64,000 nt of DNA, taken from NCBI GenBank assembly GCA_002269645.1, contig NIVC01001262.1:1-64000 (forward strand), written 5' to 3'. The notes below the pieces were generated by a model. It was not told where the DNA came from, made no database searches, and saw only the letters and a list, made by a program, of their open reading frames with translations. Both the position numbers and the translations under genes were made by a program. The stretch comes from Macrostomum lignano. Lineage: Eukaryota. Shown piece by piece: positions 1 to 10,373 of this stretch (its first letter is position 1; each line of letters begins with the position of its first letter).

Positions 1-62
1 ATGACTTATAAATATTTTGATAAAACTATAAAATACGACAGAGTCTAAGAAGCTACGGGCTA

Positions 63-347
63 GGCAACTATAAAGCAGATTAGCAACAGCATTTGGTGTG
101 CCAGACCGCCCTTGCCCAGTGCTTCCGTCTGGTGCGGGTCGACACCCACAGAAACACTGGGCTGGCGGCTGCGGTCGGGCCGGGGGAGGGGGAGGCGGCG
201 GCGGACACGAGCTGACGGCGGCGGGAGGCTGGCCGCAGCGGATGCAGCAGCGGCGGCAACTGCGGCGCTTGGTGGCGCGCCGCGGCGCGATACGCATAGG
301 GGTGGGGCGGAGGGGATTAGAATCCCAGCCGCTCCACCCCCGAGTCC
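63..347 (-). other. In-frame stop-free tail (95 codons) downstream of the AMD1 UAG; candidate readthrough extension
   Basis: Next in-frame stop after TAG 350-348 is TAG 62-60. Translation: GLGGGAAGILIPSAPPLCVSRRGAPPSAAVAAAAASAAASLPPPSARVRRRLPLPRPDRSRQPSVSVGVDPHQTEALGKGGLAHQMLLLICFIVA. Confidence 0.5.
298..341 (-). promoter_or_regulatory. GC-rich stem-loop 6-7 nt 3' of the AMD1 stop codon
   Basis: mRNA GGGGUGGAGCGG (340-329) pairs with CCGCCCCACCCC (310-299), 11 of 12 bp. After a 2x2 internal loop, GGGAU/AUCCC closes a UCUA loop. Confidence 0.7.
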
Positions 348-3286
348 CTAAAAGTACGGGCCCTCGCCCTGGCACCAGACGTCGCGAGGATCCGGCTCGC
401 GCGGGTCGCCAGCGCTGGCGTCGGTCTCCAAGACGGCAGCAGCGACGAAGGCGGCGCCATCGTCTGGCGGAGGTCCGGCAAGCCGGCGGCTCTCGAAGCG
501 GGCAAAGGTGGCGGTCTGGTGGCAGAACATGGCGAACTGGAACTCGCAGCGCTCGTAGCCGGCCACGAGGTCGGCGCTGCGCAGCTGGCCGTGCACGTCC
601 GCGTGGCTGCTCTGCAGTGGGGGCACAGGGAGCCTTGGTTGGACTTTAATGGCGTCAGACTAAGTATGACTGTCTTAGTGTCTCAGTTTTTTATGTCTTA
701 GTGTCTCCGTTTTTTGTCTTAGTGGCTCAGTTTTTATGACTTAGTGTCTTAGTGTATCCGTTTTTTTGTCTTAGTGGCTCAGTTTTTATGACTTAGTGTC
801 TCAGTTTTTTGTCTTAGTGGCTCAGTTTTTATGACTTAGTGTCTTAGTGTCTCCGTTTTTTGTCTTAGTGGCTCAGTTTTGTATGACTTAGTGTCTCAGT
901 ATCTCAGTTGTTTTATGTCTTAGTGTCTCAGTTTTTTATGACTTAGTGTCTCAGTTTTTTTATGACTTAGTGTCTCAGTCTTTATGTCTCAGTGTCTCAG
1001 TCTTTATGTCTCAGTGTCTCAGTCTTTATGTCTCAGTGTCTCAGTCTTTATGTCTCAGTATCTCAGTTTTGTATGACTTAGTGTCTCAGTTTTTAATGTC
1101 TTAGTGTCTCAGTTTTTACTGTCTTAGTGTCTTTGTGTGTCAGTTTTTTGTCTTTGTTTCTCAGTTTTTAATGACTGTCTCAGTTTTCAATGTCTGTGTC
1201 TCAGCGTCTGAGTTTTTAATGTGATTGTGTTTGTATCAATGCCTCAGTATCTGTCTAATGTCAGCCTGAATGACTCGGTGTCCATGGTCTTAGACAAAAC
1301 TGTACAGATCCCGTCAGCCCGGCTTCCCCAGGCCGCCATCCTCACCTCGTCGCTAATGACGGTAACGATGAAGCGACTCGGCTGGAAGATGGCCACCACC
1401 TTGCCGACCAGTTCGGCCGCGTTCTCGCAGTGGTCAGTCTCGAAGCTGGCGTAGGAGGCGCACTTCTCCGGGGTCACGTGGACAGTGAAGTAGCGCTTCT
1501 GAAATGCAAAGCATTTGCTTGTAGCTGGCAATGACCATCTCTGGTTGGCGATGACCAATTTGAAGACCAATTATGACCAACCATTGGCAAAACTATTTTG
1601 TGAATCGGGTCTGGTCTGCTGCAATTGTGACAGGGCCCTGTAGTTTCTGTGAACTTTAGCGGCACTGGCTGTGACAACAGCCTCCCATAGTTGCAGGTGC
1701 CCAGGCGCCCATTGTCATGGAAATTTGCACAAGCGGTAAAATTCTCTGACAAGCCAGAATAATCTGTTTTATCTGGCGGAGTATCGAGATTTCAATCCAC
1801 GTCTTCCCGCGGCAGACATTCAGGTTTTATCAAAATTGCTGACGCACTCGGTGAAGCACAGCCGAGTTTCTGCAGCAAATGCCCGCACAGATTACACCGA
1901 ATGACGTCACAGCTTCACGAAACGAGCCGCCTCTTGTTGCAGGCCGAGCAAAGGTCGCAGACGCGGTGACCGCAGTTGCCCGATAATTGGCCTGAATTAC
2001 ACAACTGCGCCAAATTAACCTGGCTGGTTAGCGAAAGGCAAAGTCTAGGGAGGAAGCGAGGGGCGTCGAACTCACGACTGAAAGACCACTCGGAACAATT
2101 TTTGTCCTTGAGCAAGACACTTAACTCTGCATTGCTTCAGCTCACCCAGCTGTAAAAATCGGTACCAGCATTAGCTGGGGTAATTGAGGCTGTGTGTGGC
2201 GACCCCCCTCCCCCAAGTCCCTGGACTGAACAGCCGTACGCCGCCTTCAGACGTGCCGCGTAATAGCTGCGGCTGAGCTGTCGGTTGCACATCTGATCCA
2301 ACTGGGGCAGGTGTAATAAATAAATATAATTATTATATTACTGCCGGCCTGATAGACCGCTGCAGATCCGCACACTAGCAAGAATGAATTTGATGAGCTG
2401 ACGCCAAACCAACCAGTCTATACTATTTCACACTGTACTAATCATGCCAATGTATCGGGTCTTTACTTTTGAGTCATCCATTGTATCGATTGATGAACAA
2501 ATCCCCATTGCGTGAGTCATCACGCGAAATCATACACAGCCATACACACTGCATGCAAAAAACAGATTAAAAAACAACTTGCATTCTCCAGAAATTACTT
2601 ACAGCAGGTGCAAACAATTTGCATTAATTATCAATAACCAATTAATATTTGCGATACAACAGAGACACGGCAGAAGCGCCACTAAGCAACTAACCTGGTC
2701 GATAATGCCATTCACCGAGTAGCCGCAGGGCTCGAACAGGTAGTCATCGATCATCACGCTAGAGTTGGTGAACAAATCCGCGATGCCGGCAGACTGCGGG
2801 AGGGAGAGTATCAGATTTGACAAGTGCAGCAACAGCCTGAGCCAATTCAGAGCTCAGTTAATAAACTGGCGCATGCTCGATGCTCACCTTGGTGACGTCC
2901 GAGGCGGTCCTGTCGCCTTCCTTGAAGAACAGCATCCGCTTGTCATTGTCCAGCGAGTTCATGATCACCTGCAGGCGGGAATGGGGGGAAGGTAAAGGGG
3001 AAGAAAAGCTGATTATTCTGGCGATCGGGAGCTGTCAGAGCAGAGGTACTAAGAGGGCCTCAGGGCTCACCTCAACAGTGCAGTTGGACCGGCGAGGGCT
3101 CCTGTTGCGGGAGAAGCAGAACAGATGGTAGCAGTCCGAGTTAGTGCTGCCCAGCACCCTAGCCAGGCCCTTGTCGAAATAGTTCAGCAGAGTCTCCGTC
3201 TCGCGCTTGAACTTCTGGTGCCTGAACGGCTGCTCGTCCGGATTCAGAAACTTCGGCCTCGAATAGAACACCTCCTGTGTCGGGGG

Positions 3287-3334
<48 letters not shown>

Positions 3335-5605
3335 TGATAGATCTAGGCACATAACAAACAGGTGGAGCAATCAGGCAACTCACAGCCACAGAATCAAACC
3401 CGACGCTCTTTCCCAGTCCAATGAAATCCTCGATAGCATTCAGCAGGTTGGTCTGGCCGCAGGTCTTCACAATCATTCTGTCCTCAAAGATGAACAGGCT
3501 GCTCTCGCTGTGAAAGACAGATTGATGCAGACAATAAATGAATATTCAAGTAAAAAGTTTAAAGTAAATTTAAACCAAAAACCGGACTTACCTGAGCAGG
3601 TAAGCAGTGACTTGATCTGAGCGACATTCATTCAAGATGCTGCAGTTCACCTTGTCCAGAATCTTCTCAACATCATCTCTAAAAAAGAAACCCAGTTGTA
3701 TAATTACATAGGTTGTCTAGAACAATAAAAGAATACATTTCAATAGGATAATATACTTGCAAATTTACTCAAAAATATTTTTTTCTATTGTAATTATTAC
3801 CTTAATCATCTAAATCACAAGTTAAAAACATAAAAATTATAACTATGATTAGCTTTGTTAAATTAAACCAAGTTAATTATATCTTTAAACATCTTTGTTA
3901 TTCCTGAAGGCCTATTAAAATATTTATTGGTTTTTTAACCAATTTTTTAAGATTAATAGAATAATGAAACTACCTATTATATTGGCTCAATTCAATTAAA
4001 ATAAATAAAATACAAAGTTAGCTAATCAATATTATCATTCATGTTTTTTTTCATTTAATGAAATAAAATTAGATTTTTATACAATGTCAATGCTAATAAG
4101 ATGAAAAAAGGAGGAAAAAAGTAATTTAGATATAACCTCATATTTATTGATAAGTTTTATACTTACTATTAAAAAGATAGTTTTTATAAATTTCAAAGAA
4201 AATAATGCTACTGAATAGCATTTTAAATCAAATCATTTAATGATGACAAATATTTACATTATAGACCTAAATATACTTATAATACAATAGCCTTATTATG
4301 AGAAAAAATTATGGTGATGTTTTACTTTTGTGCAGTTAATTATTTTCTTAGAAAGCTACTATTTACTACTTAAATAGACATAAAATTTTATAACTTCATA
4401 TTTTCTCTAATATAGTCTCTGATGATCAATTGAATAGGTAGATTCAATCAATTGTCAATTATTATGGCCAATATAGGGCCAATGCAATAGACTTATAACT
4501 TGAGCAGCTACACAATACAATTATTTTAGCTGGCTGCATACTAGCACTTAAAAGTATAACTCGAGCTATTTATTTTTGCTTTATTAATTTATAGCACTAT
4601 TTACTTAGTTGATAATTTATCATTTATCCATTAAAATGCATCAATCTTTCCATTGAACCCATTTAGTATTCATTGTTAAACTAAACAGAAACTACAAATT
4701 TCTAAGAGAAAATATTACTTACTAAACTTCTAAAGTGAAAAGCTGCTACTAAAATACTTATTGATAGCTATAGGCATAGCTAGCTAAGCCTACAATAAGA
4801 AAAGGCAAAAAATCAATGATAATTTTCATAAGTGAAGACAAAAATATTTTATTTGCATACATGCTTGGGCGCAACCTAGGGATTCACCCAGCCGTTTCTA
4901 TTGGCAACACACACATGTAAGTTGCTATTGGACAGAATAGTAGTCACGTGACTGCTCTCAGCCAATAGCGACTTACATGCGTGTGTTGCCAATAGAAACG
5001 GCCGGGTGAATCCCTAGGTTGCACATGTATGTTTGCATAGAAGTTTAAATTTTTTTTAGTAATTTAATAAGTCTCTTAACTGATAAAATTAGGCCCCTGG
5101 TAGAAATTGCAACACAGTTTTTAATTAGAATAAAAGATATGAGAACTAGAAACTGATTGCTTGAAATCCTAATTATAATAACACCAACTAAACTTACTCC
5201 TTAAAATCTGTTTTATACCATTTTTTTGCTTTATATAGCATCTAATCATTTTGAGCTAATAAAATTAAAGAACTATGATATGAAACTTTTGTAATTTTGA
5301 ATTCCTTTTAGGGCTAGTCTACCGTTTTTCATTTACTTGTTTGTGTGCAATTAATCATGGTATGAAAATTACCTGCGAAGGCGCAGTAAGTTTATCTCTG
5401 GCTCAGAGTCATTCTCGACAAGCTTCATTCTATTCGCTGCATAGCTTCCATTCCGAAATTTAGCAATGTGCCGACGAGGCCTTTGGAAGGAAATCTCCAA
5501 CAGCTTTTCAGCTCCCTCAAAAGGCTTATCGACAATTGGATCTACAATTGATCCCATCTCCGAAGACGAAGGGGAGCTTGCGAAATCTTCTTGAAAACGT
5601 ACCAT
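348..5605 (-). CDS. AMD1: S-adenosylmethionine decarboxylase proenzyme (about 414 aa from AUG 5605; 398 aa from AUG 5557)
   Basis: Exons (minus): 5605-5373, 3678-3592, 3507-3384, 3274-3071, 2968-2888, 2793-2695, 1498-1346, 611-348. All GT-AG and phase-consistent (1245 nt). Eukaryotic AdoMetDC motifs present: FEGAEKLLEI, AYLLS-ESSLF (E/S autocleavage and pyruvoyl Ser), KTCG, YSRPKF, FEPCGYSVNG, TVHVTPE, SYASFET. Confidence 0.96.
665..1215. repeat. Degenerate ~20-22 bp minisatellite in the last AMD1 intron
   Basis: Repeated cttagtgtctcagtttttatg variants. Confidence 0.9.
2084..2340 (+). mobile_element. SINE-like dispersed repeat, copy 1 (AMD1 intron)
   Basis: About 240 nt closely similar to 51810-52030 (tgtccttgagcaag..ttaactctgcattgcttcagc..attagctggggtaattgagg..gctgcggctgagctgtcggttgcacatctg), with an AT-rich tail. 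Confidence 0.7.
3287..3342. repeat. (GATA)n microsatellite
   Basis: Direct reading; lies next to an AMD1 acceptor. Confidence 0.95.
4871..5022. mobile_element. Palindromic MITE-like element in the AMD1 first coding intron
   Basis: 61-bp arms 4871-4931 and 4962-5022 with only 3 transition mismatches. The 30-nt spacer is itself partly palindromic around CACGTG. Confidence 0.7.
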
Positions 5606-5609
5606 TAGC

Positions 5610-5762
5610 TTAGTACGCAGCACGCAGCACGTAATATGCCACGATACTTAATTTTCGCGTTCTTAGATTTTTACTATATTTAAAAACAGTTTGCAAATCA
5701 TTTAAACAAGTTGAACATAAAAACATTGACAACCTGCCATATATTCGGCAAAAATGCTTCAT
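5610..5762 (-). promoter_or_regulatory. Proximal 50-codon uORF of the AMD1 leader
   Basis: ATG 5762 to TAA 5612-5610 (MKHFCRIYGRLSMFLCSTCLNDLQTVFKYSKNLRTRKLSIVAYYVLRAAY). The stop lies 4 nt upstream of AMD1 ATG 5605. Requires the predicted acceptor at 5855/5856. Confidence 0.5.
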
Positions 5763-5948
5763 TTTACTAAATAATGATCTGTATACAAGTTTTGATCCCT
5801 TCTCTTGTATACAAGCCAGCAAAACAGCGTGTTTGACGACACATGTAGGAAGAACTGTATATTAACTATTAGTAAGATAAAAATCAAAATTTGTAGACAT
5901 TTATCAATTAAGTTATGAAAATGAATTTGTAAGAATTTACATACTTAC

Positions 5949-6550
5949 GGTATAAAGATAATAGGGCCAAACCAAGACTTGTGGCAACAAAAGAACAAAT
6001 TACTATTCGATCTCTCAATGTACATGATCCAGTGTGTGTACAGCTAGATAGATACATAGATAGATAGATAGATATCTAGTTCTATAGATTTGAGCATGAA
6101 AATAAGCAAATATAATAATTTGTTCAAAGTAATCAGTTAAATACCACCGTTTCCTTCAATGTCACGTACGAGTACCTGAGGAGCGTTGCCCATCGCTCAT
6201 AGCAGTTAAAACGCTACATGTATAAGCACTCAGTCTGCCACTGAGCTGCCTGGTCTTTCATCAGGGCCAGATTCACTCGGGGCCAAACCCCGACGTTTGC
6301 AGACTAGAGAGCATACCGCTCCAAGGACTACTTGAGTATATGCTTTAGCTGTCCTTGACCGCTGCTTGCCCGGACGAGCTGAGTTCTCCCCCATCACCGG
6401 TGAGGAGGACCGCGCTGCAGGCGAGACGACGGGACTTAATTCGATGGAAGTCATTGGTCGCTACACCAGGGGATGGGCGGTCTCCTCCGCCTCCTCACTG
6501 CATCCGCTGGTCGATGCCCCTGGCGGCAAAGTCAAGCAAAGTCAGATACT
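5949..6550 (-). other. Predicted non-coding AMD1 leader exons (about 6550-6176 and 29-nt micro-exon 5977-5949)
   Basis: Donor CAG|GTAC at 6176/6175; acceptor ttgttcttttgttgccacAG at 5978; strong donor CC|GTAAGTAT at 5949/5948; acceptor ctaat..tacAG at 5855. TATA-like TTTAAATA near 6569-6576. The TSS is approximate. Confidence 0.45.
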
Positions 6551-7124
6551 ATAGCCATAGCCTATGCTATTTAAATTCGCCCTCATAATATAAAAATATA
6601 AATGTTAATCCTAAAGAATACAGAGATAGCGAATTATTTATTTATTGAAAATTAGAACGGGGGATCAGCATGAGAAGTTTATGCTTCTAATGGAGGGGAA
6701 TATAGAAAAATTTCATGCTTGAAACTGACCTTATTTTGCAATTATTCTACATTTTGCTGCACATGCAGATTTAACTGATATGATTTCCAAATCTTGATGC
6801 AACAGCGCGCGTTCCACCAACTTTGACTGACTCGCGAATGAGTCACACACTTTCACATATAGACGGTAGATACAGGTACAGGTAAGATAGCAAACTATGT
6901 ATATTGCAGTGCAATTTTGGGCGTAAAAGCACAGCCTGCTGGCGTAATTTGAATCTTGCATAAACAGAATTCAATCACCGCCAGTTAAGGAAATTTTGAT
7001 TTCCGTTTGCGATGTCTGCTAAAATTCGAACGCTATAAATGCGGTGCACCAGGGGCGGATTGCAAAACATTTTTCATCAGCTCAGTCAGCTTAAAACTTC
7101 ACAAGCAGAGCAGCCAAGTTAAGC

Positions 7125-9112
7125 ATGCCTTCAAGATTTAGGGGCTTCTCGGTGCTGACAGTCTGCTACACGCTGCTGCTGGTTGCGCTCTGCTCTCAGC
7201 CGCAGCTCACAGCCGCAGGAGTCAACAGCTCCGTGAGCTCGATTTCAATCAGCCAGGAAATATCGATTGTGTCAGCCTCGGTGAACAGCTCGGTGCACAG
7301 AGAGGCTCTGAGAGTCCTGGAGATTGACGGCTGCCAGGCGGCGGTGCACAAGACCCAGCTGAGCAAGGCCAGCTTCCTGCTGGAGCCGCTGCTGTGCTGG
7401 CGGCCGGGCATGGAGCAGCTGCTCTGTCCGGGCTTCGACTACGCCAGGTCGCGCCACTTCCTGCGCATTCCCGTCCTGCTGGCCGACCCGGCGTTCGCTG
7501 ACAAGGCCAAGCGGCGGCTGCACGATCTGTTCCCGACATCCGTCAACTTCATGAACATTGGCGCGATCCAATTCCAGCTGTCAACTGACAGCGCTGCAGT
7601 GGAAGCCGAACTGGAGAAGAGGCTCGGCGTTGCTGGCGGCCGCACCTACCTGCTGCTGAGGTCCTACTGCACTTCGGAGAGCCACTGCCGCGACATGAGG
7701 TTGGTCTTCCCGGGGATAAAAAACTGCTTTCTGAAAACTGAAATGCGACAGAATTAAAATTCCGGAGAGGCGTTAAAATAAACCAGTTGAATCAGAGGTT
7801 CGCATACCAAAGGGACACAATGTACAATAGAATGTCCATGACGTCAGTGCACTGTGCAATGGGTTATTGCCAAACTCATTGCTTGGAATGTCTGCCGCTT
7901 AAAAACAGCTGCATGCTTCGATCACTTCCAGCCAAGGCATCGCCAAGCAGCCCAGCATTTATTTCGAAAGGCTGAGGCTGTCGCTGAGCTCACAGGAGTA
8001 CTCAATGCTCAGCAATTCTGTCCGTCTGGTCGCGGCCGGCCCGTTCGCCTGCCAGAATGAGCTGCTGCGGCCGTTGCAGGGCGGCCAGCTGCTGGGGTCC
8101 GGTGTGGCGGCGCCCGAACCGGCAGCGGAAAACCACACCAAGGTGGTGGAGGTGGACGGCCAGTTGTACTTCCTGGTCCAGCAGCGGTCCAGCGGGAGAG
8201 TGAGCTTCCAGCGGCCCTTCGCCGACTATGAAACCGGCTTTGGGGATCCCCGCGACGACTATTGGATGGGTGAGTTGAGGCTCAGTCAGTCGGGATTCAG
8301 GGTCTTGGTTAAGCCTCAGTCAGTTGGGATTCAGGGTCTTGGGTGAGCCTCAGTCAGTTGGGATTCAGGGTCTGGGGTGAGCCTCAGTCAGTCGGGATTC
8401 AGGGTCTGGGGTGAGCCTCAGTCAGTTGGGATTCAGGGTCTTGGGTGAGCCTCAGTCAGTTGGGATTCAGGGTCTGGGGTGAGCCTCAGTCAGTCGGGAT
8501 TCAGGGTCTTGGGTGAGCCTCAGTCAGTCGGGATTCAGTGTCTTGGGTGAGCCTCAGGCAGTCGGGATTCAGGGTCTTGGGTGAGCCTCAGGCAGTCGGG
8601 ATTCAGGGTCTTGGGTGAGCCTCAGTCAGTCGGGATTCAGACCTCCAAATCGATGGCTGTCCCCAGGCCTCAAGCTGCTGCACTTGCTGACGAAGACCAA
8701 CCGCATCCTCCGGGTGGAGCTGATCCGGCACCGGAGCTCCACCTTCGACCAGGACCTGTTCCACGCTGAGTACACCAACTTCAAGGTCGGGTCGGCGCCC
8801 GCTTACTCGATGACCTACTCGGCCTTCAACAAGGCCAAGTCCTCGGTGGAGCGAGACGCTCTGGCCGAGAGCCGCGGCCGGGCCTTCTCCACGATGGACC
8901 GCGACAATGACCGCTGGGACCACTCCTGCTCCCTGATCAGGGGTGGCTCAGGCGGCTGGTGGTTCAATCGCTGCGGCAAGTGCAACCCAAACGGCCTCTT
9001 CTTCGAAACCAACGTGCGCAACGAGTCTGGCATCCGGTGGGAGTACCTGGACTCCAGGTCGCTCAGCGGCAACGTCACGCTAAAGTACATCCGAATGCTG
9101 CTCAAAGTTTGA
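7125..9112 (+). CDS. Secreted fibrinogen-related domain (FReD) protein, about 425 aa
   Basis: Exons 7125-7699, 8013-8269 (acceptor weak), 8667-9112; phases consistent (1278 nt). Signal peptide at the N-terminus. FReD motifs: VQQRSSGRVSFQRPFADYETGFGDPRDDYWMGL, FSTMDRDND, GGWWFNRC..CNPNG, IRW. Confidence 0.88.
8270..8640. repeat. 34-bp minisatellite, FReD intron 2
   Basis: Unit GTGAGCCTCAGTCAGTTGGGATTCAGGGTCTTGG, about 10 copies. Confidence 0.95.
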
Positions 9113-9275
9113 TTAACTGCCTTTTGTGAAGCAAGAAATTATTATAAATAAACAGATTTTGTCACCTCTTTGGCCGTTCGAGGACGGTGAATCAAGTTCA
9201 CATTGCTTATCATTGATTGACTAACCTCTTTAGTTTGAGGGATGGGAAAATTTGTCAGCGGCAGCGCCAGCGTCA

Positions 9276-9885
9276 GTGTCACAGGCTGCGGTGGTGTGTC
9301 AGGGAGTCACAGAGGCTGCGGTGGTGTGTCAGGGAGTCACAGAGGCTGCGGTGGTGTGTCAGGGAGTCACAGAAGCTGCGGTGGTGTGTCAGGGAGTCAC
9401 AGAAGCTGCGGTGGTGTGTCAGGGAGTCACAGAGGCTGCGGTGGTGTGTCAGGGAGTCACAGAGGCTGCGGTGGTGTGTCAGGGAGTCACAGAGGCTGCG
9501 GTGGTGTGTCATCGTGTCACATGCAGAGGCTGCGGTGATGTGTCAGGGAGTCACAGAGGCTGTGGTGGTGTGTCAGGGAGTCACAGAGGCTGCGGTGGTG
9601 TGTCAGGGAGTCCCAGAGGCTGCGGTGGTGTGTCAGGGAGTCACAGAGGCTGCGGTGGTGTGTCAGGGAGTCACAGAAGCTGCGGTGGTGTGTCAGGGAG
9701 TCACAGAGGCTGCGGTGGTGTCAGGGAGTCACAGAGGCTGCGGTGGTGTGTCATCGTGTCACATGCAGAGGCTGCGGTGATGTGTCAGGAGTCACAGAGG
9801 CTGTGGTGGTGTGTCAGGGAGTCACAGAGGCTGCGGTGATGTGTCAGGGAGTCATAGAGGCTGCGGTGGTGTGTCATCGTGTCAC
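9276..9885. repeat. 30-bp minisatellite
   Basis: Unit gtcacagaggctgcggtggtgtgtcaggga. Confidence 0.95.
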
Positions 9886-10373
9886 AGATGTGTGTCAGAG
9901 TGTCTCAGAAGCTGTTATAAAGGCCGGTTGCTCAAGTCATGGACAGTTAAATTGAGATGCTACCCTCTCATTTCGTGCACATTTTGCTGGAGGCCGGTTG
10001 CATCAATTTTTCAATCTTTCCTAGGCGTCTGTCTGTCTTGAACTTAGTTTTCCAGCCACTGAAAACGCTACTGATAGTAATAATAAATGGAAAAAAGCGC
10101 TGGGTTTATCTTGATACATGGAAACAATTGTTGGTGATTTACTTGCTACTTAAAAAACACGAATTTGCGGTTTTATTGCAGCTCAAAGGGATTGGAGGAT
10201 TAGCGATTGTTGAGAGGAAATCATCCCGGGCCTGAATAAACCAGTGCGGCACGTGTTTTTTTACGCTGTGTTGACTGACAAATGTTTTTCCCTATTCCCG
10301 AGTCGTACGAGCGTATCTATAAAGTTAAATCTTATTCCCGCCACCAGCTCATGCACCTCGCTCATCGCCGTCT

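Noticed and set aside
98-649. Plus-strand 183-aa Arg/Gly-rich ORF
   Set aside because: Antisense to the AMD1 last exon and tail; low complexity and a non-ATG start.
5600-5650. Antizyme-like +1 frameshift from the uORF into AMD1 (UAC UAA G; main frame is +1 and open about 14 codons upstream)
   Set aside because: AMD1 has its own in-frame AUGs, there is no UCC-UGA-like shift site, and no stimulatory structure was seen. The geometry is compatible but unsupported.
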